Assembly: GCA_051294905.1 (NCBI GenBank)
Contig: CM119371.1
Location: forward strand, 35,838,001 to 35,898,000
Origin: Botryllus schlosseri
Lineage: Eukaryota
Reading direction: 5' to 3'
Length of the DNA stretch: 60,000 nt
The notes under the pieces are model-generated. The model saw nothing but the letters and a program-made list of their open reading frames with translations, searched no databases and was not told the origin of the DNA. The position numbers and the translations under genes are program-made. Of the stretch, positions 13,043-26,440 are shown one piece after another. Position 1 is the first letter of the stretch. Each line of letters opens with the position of its first letter.

Positions 13043-16000
13043 ACAGTTAACAAGCTTAGCTCCAAAGGGCAAATTGATTAAAAGTTGATATATTATTTGA
13101 TTATAAAGCATTAATTGTGTTCAGATGCATAAATTTCTCTACATCATCAGAATTTTAAGGGGTAACAATGAACCTCGGACTTCGTTCGATCATAACTTGT
13201 TAGTTGCTCAATCTTAACCGCACTGCGCTATAAAAATGTTGTGGTCTCAAATCAACTCCCAGGTCGAAAAAAATTTGTCGCAGATATTGTCTTCAGAAAG
13301 CCACCGTAATGGTGCTGCAATTAAATTAGGGTTAACATACGATCTCCTTTAGGAGGATTTGTCCTCCTTTTTCAGGTTTTTGAAATTGTCGTCCTAGGAC
13401 GCCCAAATGTCTTCCTTTTTGGTAACTCCAATACTGTTAGTGTAAAAATCCTCCTTCAAAATATGATAAACATAAATTAAATGAATTTTGCATAAGACCC
13501 GTTACGCTCGAGCTTCCGCGTTTCTAGTGCGTTAACTTCGCCATCGCATATTTTCGCAACGGGTTAAGAATCGATGACGCGCAGCCACGTCAGTTGGTCT
13601 TAATACAAAATTTTGCAGCCCCATTACGTCGAGCGCAGTGTTTAGCATTGCATAATTTACCTTCGTTTTGGGACGGCTCAAGAATTTCGATCATATCTAA
13701 GGATTCTATTTTCTAGAAATTCTATGTATATCTAAACTGAAGCAGATCCATACTAGACTGGTAGCAAATCTTACCTGACAAAGACACATCGCACTCAAAC
13801 CATGGTTCGACTTTATTTTCTTGTCTATTCGAGAGCTTTCTGCAGTTCGAGCAGGATATGAATTTCATCGTCTTCTGTTCCCTGCGAACAATTAGAATCA
13901 TAATAGACAGGTGAAGGACTAATAAGAACCATATTAGATAGGCGAGGAGCATTCCTGCAAAGTTTCCGTTCCAGCCATCACATTCCATTTCAGATAAAGG
14001 CAAGTTTGGGCATTAGCGCTGTACGCAAGTTGTGGAGTTACTGATTAGATGCGCGCTATCTAGTTTGCTATCATCTGAAGGCTACAGATTCTTGTCTGCT
14101 TTAGACACTCGTATTCCCTCGGCGTCACTTGTCAGTGTTTTATTTGTTATTAATACTGCGCATTGTGCAGTACACGGGGTTGAATTACGTTGTCAAAAAT
14201 TGATGCAACACGAGATTCTCGATGGCGCAAATTCTCAATTTATTCGTTAGTAATACAAACCTCTTGATCAGTCTGCTCTCCAAAAACTTTATCAAGAGTG
14301 AGAAGCATTTCCATGTACTTCTTGTGCATTTCTTCAACACATCTAGCAACCAGCAGTTGAAACTCATGTCTGATCTATTGGGAATAACAACGCATTAATC
14401 AGAGCTGTTAGTCATGAATATGCACATCACTTGAACAGGTTAGTTAGAGTGAGTAAATTCATCCATATTATTAATTTTAAAATACATAGTTATGCACTAA
14501 CTTATCTTGATACGAACATAATTAGATTTTCTTAATTTAATCATCACAATAATTGAATTATTTTTAGCATGTGGTATCACGGAATCTCATTAATCAAATT
14601 CTCTCCCAATTAGTTGAATGTTTCCATATTCTTTCAATTCTGATCATATTCATAATTCTTCTGAAAATGCCTAATTGACTATGGTATTTGGTAGTGAGCT
14701 AACAAAATTATCCGTCTCGTGCAACATTACGTACAACTTTTCAGCTATGGTGCACATACGTTAACCAATCTCATGCTCGTTCCTATGAACTAAGCTTTAA
14801 TTTGGCTAGATTCCCTTGTCATTCATAATTTCTGTCAATTTTCAAGTTTTTGCGAATTGAATAATTCTAATTGTAATCTAATTTGGAAAAAACTGCACTT
14901 TAATTCTAATCTAATTCAATTTGGAAGAGCTGAAAATCTACTAGTTGTCCAAGGCTGGTGCAGTGTACACTGTACACATGTTGTGTAATAGGAAAGTAGT
15001 GTATATTAATGCAATAGGAAGATACATGGGCAATATAATTGGTTAATTTGCCGAAGCACACAAACAATTTTATTCCACTGATTTTTGAAGTTATGACTGC
15101 AAATTGAAGTCATCTGTAAGGAATGAAAGAACTTACCAGCCTAATATCTTGCAACATTGGAAAGCTCTTCAAAATTTCAGCAACGCCACCAAATTCTGGC
15201 ACCTTCAACTGATTACGTCTGTCGTGATGAGTGTACTTCATGAGAGTGATGACATTCAGCCAATTGGCGCCAGGTCTATTGTACTCTGTTTCCAACTGCA
15301 TCTTCAATTGTTATATTAGGGTGACCTTTCGAATAACATGAAACTTATAAATGATAAAAAAATAACAATAACAATCATCCCAATCACCTGACGAGCCTGG
15401 ACACAAAGCATGCGCTCTCCATGAAAATGTACCAGATGCCTTTGTCTTTTGTCTGAGATTCTTCAACTTTTGCGACAGCTTTTTTGAGAAGTAATACTGA
15501 AAAGCATTTGATCATGAATGCACTTTAATACAAAATATATTGAATTCGGAGAGGATTCGGGCAGTAGGTCATAGTCGAGAGAGGACGGTGCTTCATACAG
15601 CAAAACAAGTACAGTGCCTTCATATTTTTGTGTCTCCTTTTACAATGGCTATGCAGAGATCTTCATATTTTGAATACACTATGCCACAGATCCTGCATGA
15701 CATGATAACACTCGGATGTTGTCTGTGACAATAAATGTGTAGACAGTAAATCGATAGTTCCGATAAAAGGGCACAAACCAAACTTTCCATCAGACATTCT
15801 ACCAAACCATATCAAGTAATTGAAACAGGTCAAGTGCAAAGAAAGATGTACATAACTTCATCTGCAAATGAGGTTTCATCACTAGATGTCTAGATCTATT
15901 ATGATATCTTCAGATGAAATTATTAAACAGCATTAGCTCTCATTTTCATGGTCTGCTCTTATGGCGCATCAAGCTGCTAGATCGAAAATAGGTAATCTAT

Positions 16001-16654
16001 ATCTACTCATACCGCTGGGCGCTGGTGCTGTATGTGAAACTCGATAACATGAACATAACATTATTTACAGATGATGTTGAAAATTTACATAAACGAATTA
16101 CCTTGCAGTAAATCAATGTGCTCCCTCCTCATTCCGTTTTGAACTAAAAACATCTCCATTTCTTCGCTATATGCTATTTAGATTCACGTAACAAAGACCG
16201 ACAGATTCACGGTATATCTCACTCACACTGGTCCTGCGTGGTAACGATCGATTGTCTCAGGATTGCGTCATACAATCACGTGACTCAGTAAGTCATGCGT
16301 AAAGAGACAGAGTGAATTTTTTATTTCATCAATGATAAAATACAAAGGGTACTACTAATAACTGAATCATTAATATACTGTTGCTCGATGGCAATGAAAG
16401 CGGTACCGGATACAAGTAAAATGTCCAACGTCGGGGTGTTTCATACATATTTGTATTATAAATTTCTTCAGTAAGTTCGGTAGGGAAATAATATGATCAC
16501 CTTATTATTTTATCGCAATCTCTTGGTATGTTGATCTGATATTTTGTTTGTAATAAACTGAAATGAGAAACAAGCGATTAACTATAAGGATTAACGTGAC
16601 TATCGTAGGTATGTAAAGTCAGATCAGAGCAAACCTCAAGACAGCGAGTCGTCA

Positions 16655-16950
16655 GAGCGAGATAGTGTAATGGTTATGCGTCCGGCTTCTCGAGCGGCAG
16701 GTCGTGGGTTCGATCCCCGGCCGGGTCATACTAAAGACTCGAAAATTGGTATCCGCAGCTATCCTGCTAGGTGCTCAGCAACCACGGCTAGCATGGAGGA
16801 GAAAAAAAACGGGGGTGCTGACTAGATCACCTCATGGGGCCGTATCGCAACTCCGTCGTCAAAGCATCTCGATGGTGCAGGCGAAAAAGAAAATCATATC
16901 TCTCAGGTATATTGGTACAGCACGCGACCATAATATCTGATCACCAACTT
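16655..16950 (+). mobile_element. tRNA-derived SINE with a Meta-domain-like central region
   Basis: A box TAGTGTAATGG, B box GGTTCGATCCC, then ggtcatactaaagactcgaaaattggtatccgcagctatcctgctaggtgctcagca, resembling the MetaSINE core as I remember it; no full cloverleaf; 3' end approximate. Confidence 0.65.
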
Positions 16951-17418
16951 ATTTGCTTGAAGCCCGGTACCACCGTCGGTCACAACCTTGGTTATTTATA
17001 ACTGTAATAACATTGTTAATTAAACACTGCAGCCTTAAGAAAAATCTATAGCTAAGGACATATCGATCAAATCACATTTGGCGAGGCTTTTCGACGTGTA
17101 TCAATATTACCGCGCTTTAGGCTGCCTGGGATGATATATCACGTCAATAGTAACTTCGTGAAGTTTCAGAGTGAAGATTAGCCAGCGACCTCTCAAACTC
17201 CCTCTCAATTGATATCCGGTATGAATGTTTGACACCGCAGGAAATTCGTCCGGAATGACTATACTGATATGCATGTGAGCTTATAGACACATCATATGAG
17301 CATTAACCCACATCTTATGACATTCCCTGATGATGTGTGGACGTGCACACAACATGGCGGATTCTCGATGTCAGATCTCAGCCGATAATATGTGTCAGCC
17401 AAATATTGTATATACCTA

Positions 17419-20400
17419 CCCAGCAAACACCCGATGTCCAGTTGACTTCCTGCGGAAAAGACGCAGGACGCCCAGTGTTACTTCCCTGGAGTGGATTTGT
17501 CGACTACTAGAAGCGTCCTTAACACTACCTGAGTTGGTCTACTATGGACGTGAAGCGACTCCATATGGACTCATTGGATCTGCTGTGAACGTGACGTGAC
17601 TCCCTATGGATGCGTCAGACCTACTGTGGACGCGACGTGACTCCCTATGGATATGTCATTTACCACCTGTTCTATTCCTCAGGATTACCATATCACGACT
17701 CCCCTCCTAACCTGGTGCAATTACATGGAATTCAACATCATATAAACTAACGAACTGTTTATATTGGGTTACTGTAAAACGACAATTGCAAAATACAAGT
17801 ACAACATTAACTAATGAACTATTACTGGTAAACAAAGTTCAGGCTTACGTGAAAAATCGATCAGGAAATCACTACGAATAAATGTGTCAGTGGGATTTTG
17901 CATATAACAGCAAGTTCTAAGTCAATTTTATATTACCATTACAAACATTTCAATTGAAGTGCATCATGAAATTAGAAATAAACGTGTCACATGACTTTGA
18001 AAAAGTACAACTGCTAATACAACTAAAACAGGGAAAAGCATGGAGCAATCATAAGTAAAATTTACATTGCATATTATAAAACGATGCATCATTTGCACCG
18101 CATCATGTTAAGAGCGCGAGTGCGTATTCGCAATAAACTTGGTAGCAACAACAGTTTTCTTCTTGGTCTTTGTTTTGCCTGAAACATATACAACAATGTC
18201 AGCAAATCATTTGTAGAGCCACTCTGCTGACATAGCACATGAAATTTGCGTCAGGGCTGCTTCAATTTCTATTCCCTCATGCATTAATTGTGATCCCCTA
18301 CTTCTACTTGTGCTGAGTGATAATTTATGACGATACTACAATGTCTACTCGAGTACGGGAGCTTCTGACGTTGTGATACAGAGTATGAAACCCGTCAATC
18401 AAATTATATTGTGGAAACACCTCAAGTACATACTTCAGTACTTTCCAGAACTTCTACTTTACCTAAAATAGTTTTGATAAGCCGTGTATATCGCTGCTTG
18501 AGTGCTTGAGCCCGAGTAGAAATACATTGCGTTACTCTTACTTGTACTAGACTACTGACGCTACAAATATTTCTAATTGAGTGCTGAACATGATTGCTTT
18601 CCTTATCTCTGTTTAAAAGCATACAACTACGACATTCCTCAAGTCTCCATATTTTGACCATGTCGACACTTGGAAGTAGTTTGATGTCTTGTAAATCGCT
18701 ATTTATACTATTTAGTACGGTACTAACGATGAATAGTTTGACCACCTTTATTTGGAACTTATCATCTACTACAACTAGGGCTTGCCACGAATCTGAATAG
18801 AGCAACGATAAGTCGAAACAGATGATCTTTTAGGGTACATAAATTGTATTCAACAAGAATTAGAATTCCGATTCTATGTACCACTGCGAGGCCTAAAAAC
18901 ATAGATTCGTCATATCGCAGAACACGGCACATGTAGGACATAGCTACGCACGATCGTGTGAATGACAAATGTATTGTCTCAAAGTACAATAAAATAGGAA
19001 TTATCTTAAATCTAAAAAACATTCTTCGATATGATGTAGAGCCGGTATTCATTTTCTTCGAATTCGCATACGAGATAGATATTTCAACTTTTCCTTGTTT
19101 ATAATGTTGTCACATCATATAGAGCAGAGGCTTCAAATTCAAATGTGGTCGCAGGTCAATTTCCGGATTTTTGACGACGCAGCAAGATAGGGATATTCAA
19201 TGTATAATTTCCATGTAGGCCTTATTTGACGGGAGCTTGCAGACAGGCATTCCACAAACATCTCAAGAATATAATTTACTATTGTATTATTCACGTTTGA
19301 CACGAAAAAAATCACAGTTTTGAATATTTCAATAAAATTATTTTTGTGCTGGGCATAATTTGTTAAAATAATGAGTTATAGAGATGATGCAATAGGATGC
19401 ATCATGACATCATCAAACTCTGGGTTATACTATTTCAGTTGGTGAACCTTTGACGTGTCACAGTTGTATTTTAAAATCTACTGAAATTTGATCTGGTATC
19501 AGAGCATTTGAACGGTGTAGCCTAATCCAGGTTTTGATATAGTCGTGATAAGTAGGCTGTTGCTACTGTCATTACCAAAGTCAAATTAATTCAGAATTAG
19601 ATGTTGGCTTCGATTATTATTGGAACATATCAACAACTTTAGCCATAGTAATAGCATTGTTTCTTAGCCTTAGCGATCGCACACTTCATGCTACTCATAA
19701 GATTTCTAGCAGCCCAAAATTTATTTTCAACACAATTTCTGATGGTACCTATATTAAAATCAGATAGTCAATTCACATAAAATTGCGCATAGCACGAGAA
19801 CCACAGCATATAGGTCTAATTCCACGATGCATATCGTACCACAAAAGGGTCTAAGGGCCCTGTTCAAGAACCCCTGGGATAGAATAGAGCACAAAATCTT
19901 CTTTTAGAACTTTTTACTTCATTTTGAAGTGAATTTTACAAGCCTGGTAAATGGCTAATTGTACAGTAGAAATTCAAGGCGTTGCAACTATTTAAACTCC
20001 GGTGCAAACAATATGTACTTTGACCACCAACTATGATTAAACGCTAAGAATGCCTACGCAACACCTCGACCAAATCTACTTTTTCAAACTTATTATTTGT
20101 ATACTTTCCAGAAGTGCATTATCTACTTCCATTTCGAGTAGATCTAACGCAACTTTAAAGTTGTTACCTCTAGGTGTGTATAAATCCATAACATTACATC
20201 TATTTCAGTTCAAAAGATGATTACTTTCACAGCCTCTGGTTTCCATGAAGTGTATTCAATGTTTTATACCTTTTGACTTTTTCCTGAGGATGACGCAGCA
20301 CCGATTTTACAGCAACGCTTGTTCCACGTGGCAGTAGTTCTTCCGAACGTTTTTGGTTCCAGTCATCAAGACATACTTTGTACAGTGTTCTTGACGTTGT

Positions 20401-22887
20401 TGAACACTATCAATTGAAGACATTGCCGATCTAAATAATCAAAGATATTATAATGTTTGTAGTGAAGCCATTTGTCAAGAAGCCAAGCCAGGAATCTAGA
20501 ATATCCTGTAAAAAAAAATACAATGAAGTTCAAGCTGGACCACTCGCACATTCTACTCACTACAATGACTAATCAGTAGGGCTGAGCACATTGGTATGGT
20601 TACTCAAATCTCGAACGAGTATCAATTCTTATGATTCGAGCCAAGTATGTGACTATTTTCAAGACAGCCTACTGAAATTACACGCTCTGTGCCACTCTAA
20701 CAATGCAGTTTATAATAAAATTATAGTTCCACCCAGCACGTTTTAGCAGCCCGATTGCGAACCACCGTCAATTGTATATTTCCGCATCATCGATGGCTTT
20801 TTTTTCAGGGTAATAAATTGCTAATTAATGAAATATCATAAATCATCATATAAAGTTCGTAACTTCAACTTACATAATTTAACATCTTGATCCATGAACA
20901 ATGCACCACTGCGGCGCCTTCCTCTGAAGTTTAGAACTACATAACATTGCCTGTTCAATATCTAGTCTCCTGGTAGAAATGAAGTAACTTTGTATACACA
21001 AACACAGATATGTCCCATCCATATATAGTAAGAATCCATTGATAATAAGGTTGTGTTTTCTTATCGACGGCAAGATGACCATGAGCAATCAGCCTTCCTT
21101 AGGGCCCATCCATAGCCTACTTTTTTGATACTGCTGCAATGTAGGCAATGTTTCCGTGTATATATACTAATATCGAAAGTTATAATCAAGCAATAAAAGT
21201 ATGCACGGAGGCCGTGCCAACATTGCGGTAACATTGCCAACAACCCGTCTGCACCAGGCCATGAACATGTTAAGTTTATAGAGTTTATAATTGGTTTAGT
21301 GTTTGAGTATCCTTTGATTAGAGCGAGGTTAAAGATGGGCTAACAAACTATTATAATGTTGTTCCTAAAATACCCTAAATATAAACCAATATTGCCAAAA
21401 ATTCTTACATGTTCACTGAAAGCCTCAATTATTTTATTAACGCTATTATAGATGGTTATGGTTATATACTGTTGTGGACACAAAAATACGAAAATGGATG
21501 TTAATGTGATGCTACAATCTTCATGCATCCACAAATTCAGCAATCTCACATTCCATAAAAGAACATTCCACATTTCTGTAAGCCTATACATAACATTTCA
21601 AAATTCAGTATATACCGATATGTTATAAAATACCGGTACATTACTTTATGCGGCATCTGGTTTGCTGATTGGGTCCTGCAGTCCTAGGAAATCCTTGTAA
21701 AACTTTTCACAGGATGCACATGAAATGGCAAGTTATTGCTTGTGAGACATTATGGAACAGAGCACAATAAATCAGACTTCTATGATCAATACATTATCAT
21801 ATAGTATCAAATGTAGCCTACTACAAGAATTATCGGCTTGCATGAGTTACCGATTAGCAGCGGGTCGATCAATTCCGTATGTAGGTGATATTACAGCAGT
21901 GTCACTATAATCATATAATCGAATTCATTATATCGCATCAGCAGTTCATGATGATCGAGACTATTGCTGTTCATTAAATATAGCACTCAAATACCAAGCT
22001 CCCTGCCCTTCCGGTACTCATGATAGAGACATCTCACAGTCCACGCTGTTAACGTTTCCAATTATGAACTAAACCATTACTGTGATAATTCGTCCCTCCG
22101 CCATTGCTACATACGGTGATCAAATTGAATTACACGCGCGGCGCATGCGCGATGCTCGCCAAATAGAAGAAGGCAGGCTTCTGGTTTTATGGTTGGATGA
22201 ATCTGAAGCAACAGGCGTGTTCGACTCCATTATCGAAATAGCCGAGAGGATTGCTTACTGCGTTGTTCCGTGATTGGAATAGTCATCACAATCCCATCAT
22301 GACGATTATCAAGTTCTGATATCGGAATATTTCACATGCATTACGAGTATTTGCCCCTGATGTGGGCATTTTCGACCCAGTAATGTCACAATAAAATAAG
22401 CCACTGTGTCTCTGTATCGCACATTATATCGAGCCTCTTTAGCACTGTGCGACCGCAATGATCGACAGCCGGGCTTGTGAAGTTCCACGCGATGAGAAAG
22501 TCACACCATATCAACATTCACGGCTTCACTCCACTAGATTTCACTTGTATCATGACTGTATTCAACACAACTTATTCAGCATTGACTGCAGAATAATGCA
22601 CATTTGAGTTCATAGAAACGATTTCCCAGTAAGGACATCCAAATCAACTCCTGTGTTGGTGGCATCCAGGCATCACACTATTATGACATCCACTGGAATG
22701 GTCATTGGAGACTGGCATAGGAGCACTCTTAAAGTTACTTTCTCTGGGGGTCTCTTGGAGTTACATAATTGGACGTCAATTTGTGACCTACTGAGCAAGT
22801 CCTCAGTCACTAAAAGTGGGACGTGGGACGACTGGGCACAATTGTGGACGTACCCGTAAGTCCGTGGGAGATCGGGTGTTTGCTGGG
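17419..22887. mobile_element. CCCAG-terminated (CACTA/EnSpm-type) non-autonomous element, 5469 bp, nested in element A
   Basis: 17-bp perfect TIRs CCCAGCAAACACCCGAT...ATCGGGTGTTTGCTGGG; TA duplicated on both sides; about 41-bp subterminal repeats (gtgactccctatggat) at 17545-17655. Confidence 0.85.
18434..20505 (-). pseudogene. Possible cargo gene exons inside the CCCAG element (unknown product)
   Basis: Exon 20377-20505 (ttttacag / gtatgt, phase 1-1) is compatible with open exon 18434-18792 (ttcag / gtatgt; SWQALVVVDDKFQIK...VLESTE); splicing from upstream candidate 20874-20950 creates a stop. Confidence 0.35.
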
Positions 22888-23083
22888 TATGCACAATGTT
22901 GTGTCTCATTCAACGCTGTGAATTTACAGATGGTGTTGCAACACGTTTTACAACGCTATCTGACCATCAAACCAATGGATCATTTGACTTGATTGTTAAG
23001 TTCAACGGCCGCATTGACGGAATGAATGCTTTTTTCCCCATGATGAAAATGTTTTCATGTCCTATTGTAGTTAATGTGGCCAC

Positions 23084-25519
23084 CAGTGGCGGCTCGTCCT
23101 ATAGGGCAACTGGGGCATTGCCCCACCTAAAATTCTGTTCAATAACAATTTAACCATTTATAGACGCACAACAATCAGTATATACCGAGATCACGGCGAA
23201 ACCCGCATTATTCTTGTGCTTTCGCTAACAAATGCCCATACATAGCGAAGTCTCTGGGAAAATCGAATTCTCTTCTGTGTTTTCGCTTTGTGAATGCCTA
23301 GCCGGGGCTTGCCCCGGTAGCGCTCATAACAAGCTTTCACTATCTATTCTCTCAAAGCCGCGCACAATAAAGAAACGGTGATTTACTCTCTCCTATTCGT
23401 AAAATGGCCGAGCAAGTGGGGCAACTATGCCTGTCGCCCCTAAGGTGTGATGTAACAATCGTATCTATATCTGAACTCGGTTACCGTGATATGCGTTGAC
23501 TCGACCTTTGCTGGTATATGTCGATTTTGACGGTGTTTCGCACCATGATAATTCTTGAAACTTTGTACGATATGTCGCGAAGGTAGTATTTAGCACCGCT
23601 CCAAGTTTCAGGCTTGCTACTTAAAGATAAGGGTGGTAATTTCGTTTCCGAAGTTCAGTGTGTGCTGATCCATCATGTACATTGTACAGCAAACAGATTT
23701 TACTCAAAAGCCGGTATTGGTCTCCATTGATTTTGACGATGTTCCATACCGAGATCGGTCATGACATTTGGCACAGTAAGTCTTAATGTTAGTATCGACC
23801 GCTGTAATAAGTTTTAAGTTTGTCACTGAACTATATGGGTGGTAATTTCGTTTCCAAAGTCGAGTGAGAGCTGACTCTTCATTTATCGCTAACAGATTTA
23901 CGCAAAAGCCGTTATTGGTCTCTATTGATTTTAACGATGTTCCATACCTAGATCTGTCATGAGCGTTTGCACGGTATGTCTTGATTTTAGTATCGAACGC
24001 GGTGCCAAGTCTTAAAGTTGACGATCAATGATTGAGGCAGTTATTTCGTTTTCGAGGTCGAGTATGGTAGAGATGCGCGCTGATCTGATACTTTTAGCCT
24101 ACCTACATCATTGCGGATCTCACGCAAAAGCCGGTGTCTGTCTGTGCTAATCTAGTCTGCGTTCCATAACGAGATCGGTGATGATATTTCCAATGGTATA
24201 TCTCGATGATCGCATGAAACAGCTAACTAAGATTCTCGGTTTGCATTCAAATATTCACATAATTTTATGTTCGCCAATGTGCATTTCACTGTGAAATTGT
24301 GGCCTTCAAACCATTTGCCTACAATCCCCTGTCAAATGCGATAGCTATTTCATTTTCGATGTCGGCTAACAGCTGATCATTCGATCAGCCTATTCCTCGA
24401 TCTATTTTACTCAAAGTTCGGTGTTCGTCTGTTTGTATTGATTTTGACAGTGTACCATGCCGGAATGGGTTATGAGATTGCGAATGCTACTTCTCGATGA
24501 TTTCATGTAACAGTATGCTAAGTTTACGGCTTTCATTCATGTATTTATTGATTAATATATTTTCCAACGGCGATTTGGCAGCAGACAGTAAGCCGTATGT
24601 GTTGCGTCACAATCTCCAGTTTCAAGGCCAAAATGTACTATGTTGTTCCGAGACCGAAGTTCCGAGGCTGCTGTCCTTAGTTCTTCAAAGACCATTCAAA
24701 TTGATGTTCTGGATTCAATATGACAGGCCCAATCTATGAGATAACAATTGCGTAATGCGTATGTGTCCGAAGTCGTTGACCTTTGCAGTTAGGCTTACGC
24801 AATCTTTCGAGTTCCAGTCATTGGAATTAGTCTGGTCAAGTCAAGTGCGAACATGAATCGTATTGAATCTTTGCTCCGTACGTAGGCTAGTTTACGCAGT
24901 TGCCTTTAGAGCGAAAATTAAAGGTCTAGAAGACTACTTGTCGCTTCGACATCTTCCTGTCTTTTCATTGTATCGCATTTTTGTGGTGTATTGAACTGAT
25001 AAAATTGCTAATAAACCAATGATGATGATGATAGAAATTGTCCAGTCCATTGATCCAATCGTACGCCGGGTACCTCCGCTTTGGTTGCCTATCACCTGGT
25101 CGTAACTCGTAACCACCAGCTCAGTGGTCGTAACACATCAGGATCGTGGACGAAACACTTTCGGACGGCCTATCGATTTGCGTAATCTCTAACTCTACCA
25201 TGAAATCATAACGCATGCTACAAGGATGACCTGATAATTGATTCGTGGCATAGGGACGATTCTTAGTTCACGTACATTATGTAAAATAGTCCTTTGATTA
25301 AAAAAAAATGAATAAAACATTTGTTACCACACTTCAAGTCACGGCTCACAGGCAAACCTTTCGCGGCACCTACGTTAAAATCACTGTTGTCGGGAAATTC
25401 ATGTGACCATCATATTAAAGTTACTTTTTTACGTTGGAAAACGCCATTGTGACGTCATGTTGATAAAAGTCGCTCGCAGCCCTTGCCCCACCACCCGATA
25501 TTGTCACGAGCCGCCACTG
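23084..25519. mobile_element. Non-autonomous hAT element (2436 bp) with an internal tandem repeat of about 200 bp
   Basis: TIRs CAGTGGCGGCTCGT...ACGAGCCGCCACTG; exact TSD GTGGCCAC; about 5 degenerate units at 23520-24560. Confidence 0.9.
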
Positions 25520-26440
25520 GTGGCCACTGACCATGGTAATTTACAACTTGAGTTGCTATAGACATGCAGTCAGATATAAAGACATGACAATTTGTTTGTG
25601 CGTCTCACGAAAGTTTTTCTTCTAGTCTGCTACGCTTGAGCCACTACGATATCGTTTGATTATATAACAAACCAAGTGGGCCGTGCTACAATAAGTCGGC
25701 AGATACGGAATCAAAAATGCAGAAAATCGGCCAGGTGTAACTGACCGTTGTAGTCGACAAACACCAAGGTTACCTCAAACAAACAAACAAACTCTACAGG
25801 TAAATCTGACCATCGGGGGTTGAGAGAGGATTAAAAATTAATAGTAGTATAATGCAATTTTCGACGAAATTCAGTCTTCAACGTGCAATTACCAACCTAT
25901 GGCGGACGACTTGCTGTTTTGGTCCTGATTCCATAGCTACAACTCATGCTTACATATATAAGCCCATGACAATGGCGGCAGGTCCCAATGTTGAGTAAAG
26001 AATTGTGATATAACGACTGGCGCCCTTTCAAGTAGAGTCATATGAGAATAAGACGAAGCGAACATTAAATTCTGCCTTCAACTTAATACAGATATTGTAC
26101 TGCAAGCTGCCGTTACGAGAAACGGCAAAAACGGCTCGGTTTTGATATATATATATCACCAGCTGTTGATTTTTACTGCTTCGTTGTGGAAATCGCAATG
26201 TTTTATTTGACGGGTACAAAATTTCAAATTTTGTCCGGTGTACGTACGTACTAGATAGGCCTACTGCTCGCCAAGCAGCTACGGTCAAATTGCGTTTAAC
26301 TAAGCATAAGCATAATCAAACATCAACCATAAGTTACTATTTGAAACTAGGCAGAGCGGAGATAAATTATACTGCTCCGAAGTAGTGGCGTGTGAAACGT
26401 GTTGATAACCTGATATACAGCACGGCGGGTGTTCTTACAA

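Larger units (their letters stand above)
11640..16159 (-). pseudogene. Intron-containing SAM-domain / SAMD3-like pseudogene, copy A
   Basis: Exons 16102-16159 (MEMFLVQNGMRREHIDLLQ), 15433-15496 (YYFSKKLSQKLKNLRQK), 15137-15218 (RNQLKVPEFGGVAEILKSFPMLQDIRL), 14261-14374 (IRHEFQLLV...TDQE), 13775-13881 (frameshifted), and 11931 down to about 11640 (AHTVDLPTSKLTPHL...DLVACYY*DLSYPKVFQ); GT-AG boundaries; several frameshifts and stops. Confidence 0.75.
10298..22932. mobile_element. CACTA/EnSpm-like non-autonomous element A (about 12.6 kb) carrying a SAM/SAMD3-like pseudogene
   Basis: Starts CACTGTAAAC and ends with an imperfect TTTACAG(A)TG. It interrupts host MITE sequence aagtgcaggtg|gtgttgcaacac, which is contiguous at about 40215 and 46680. 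Both ends are homologous to element 48827-54853. Confidence 0.75.

Noticed and set aside
21690..21730. CASCEKFY as a CtIP/Sae2-like CxxC motif
   Set aside because: It is too short, and the expected downstream RHR motif is absent.
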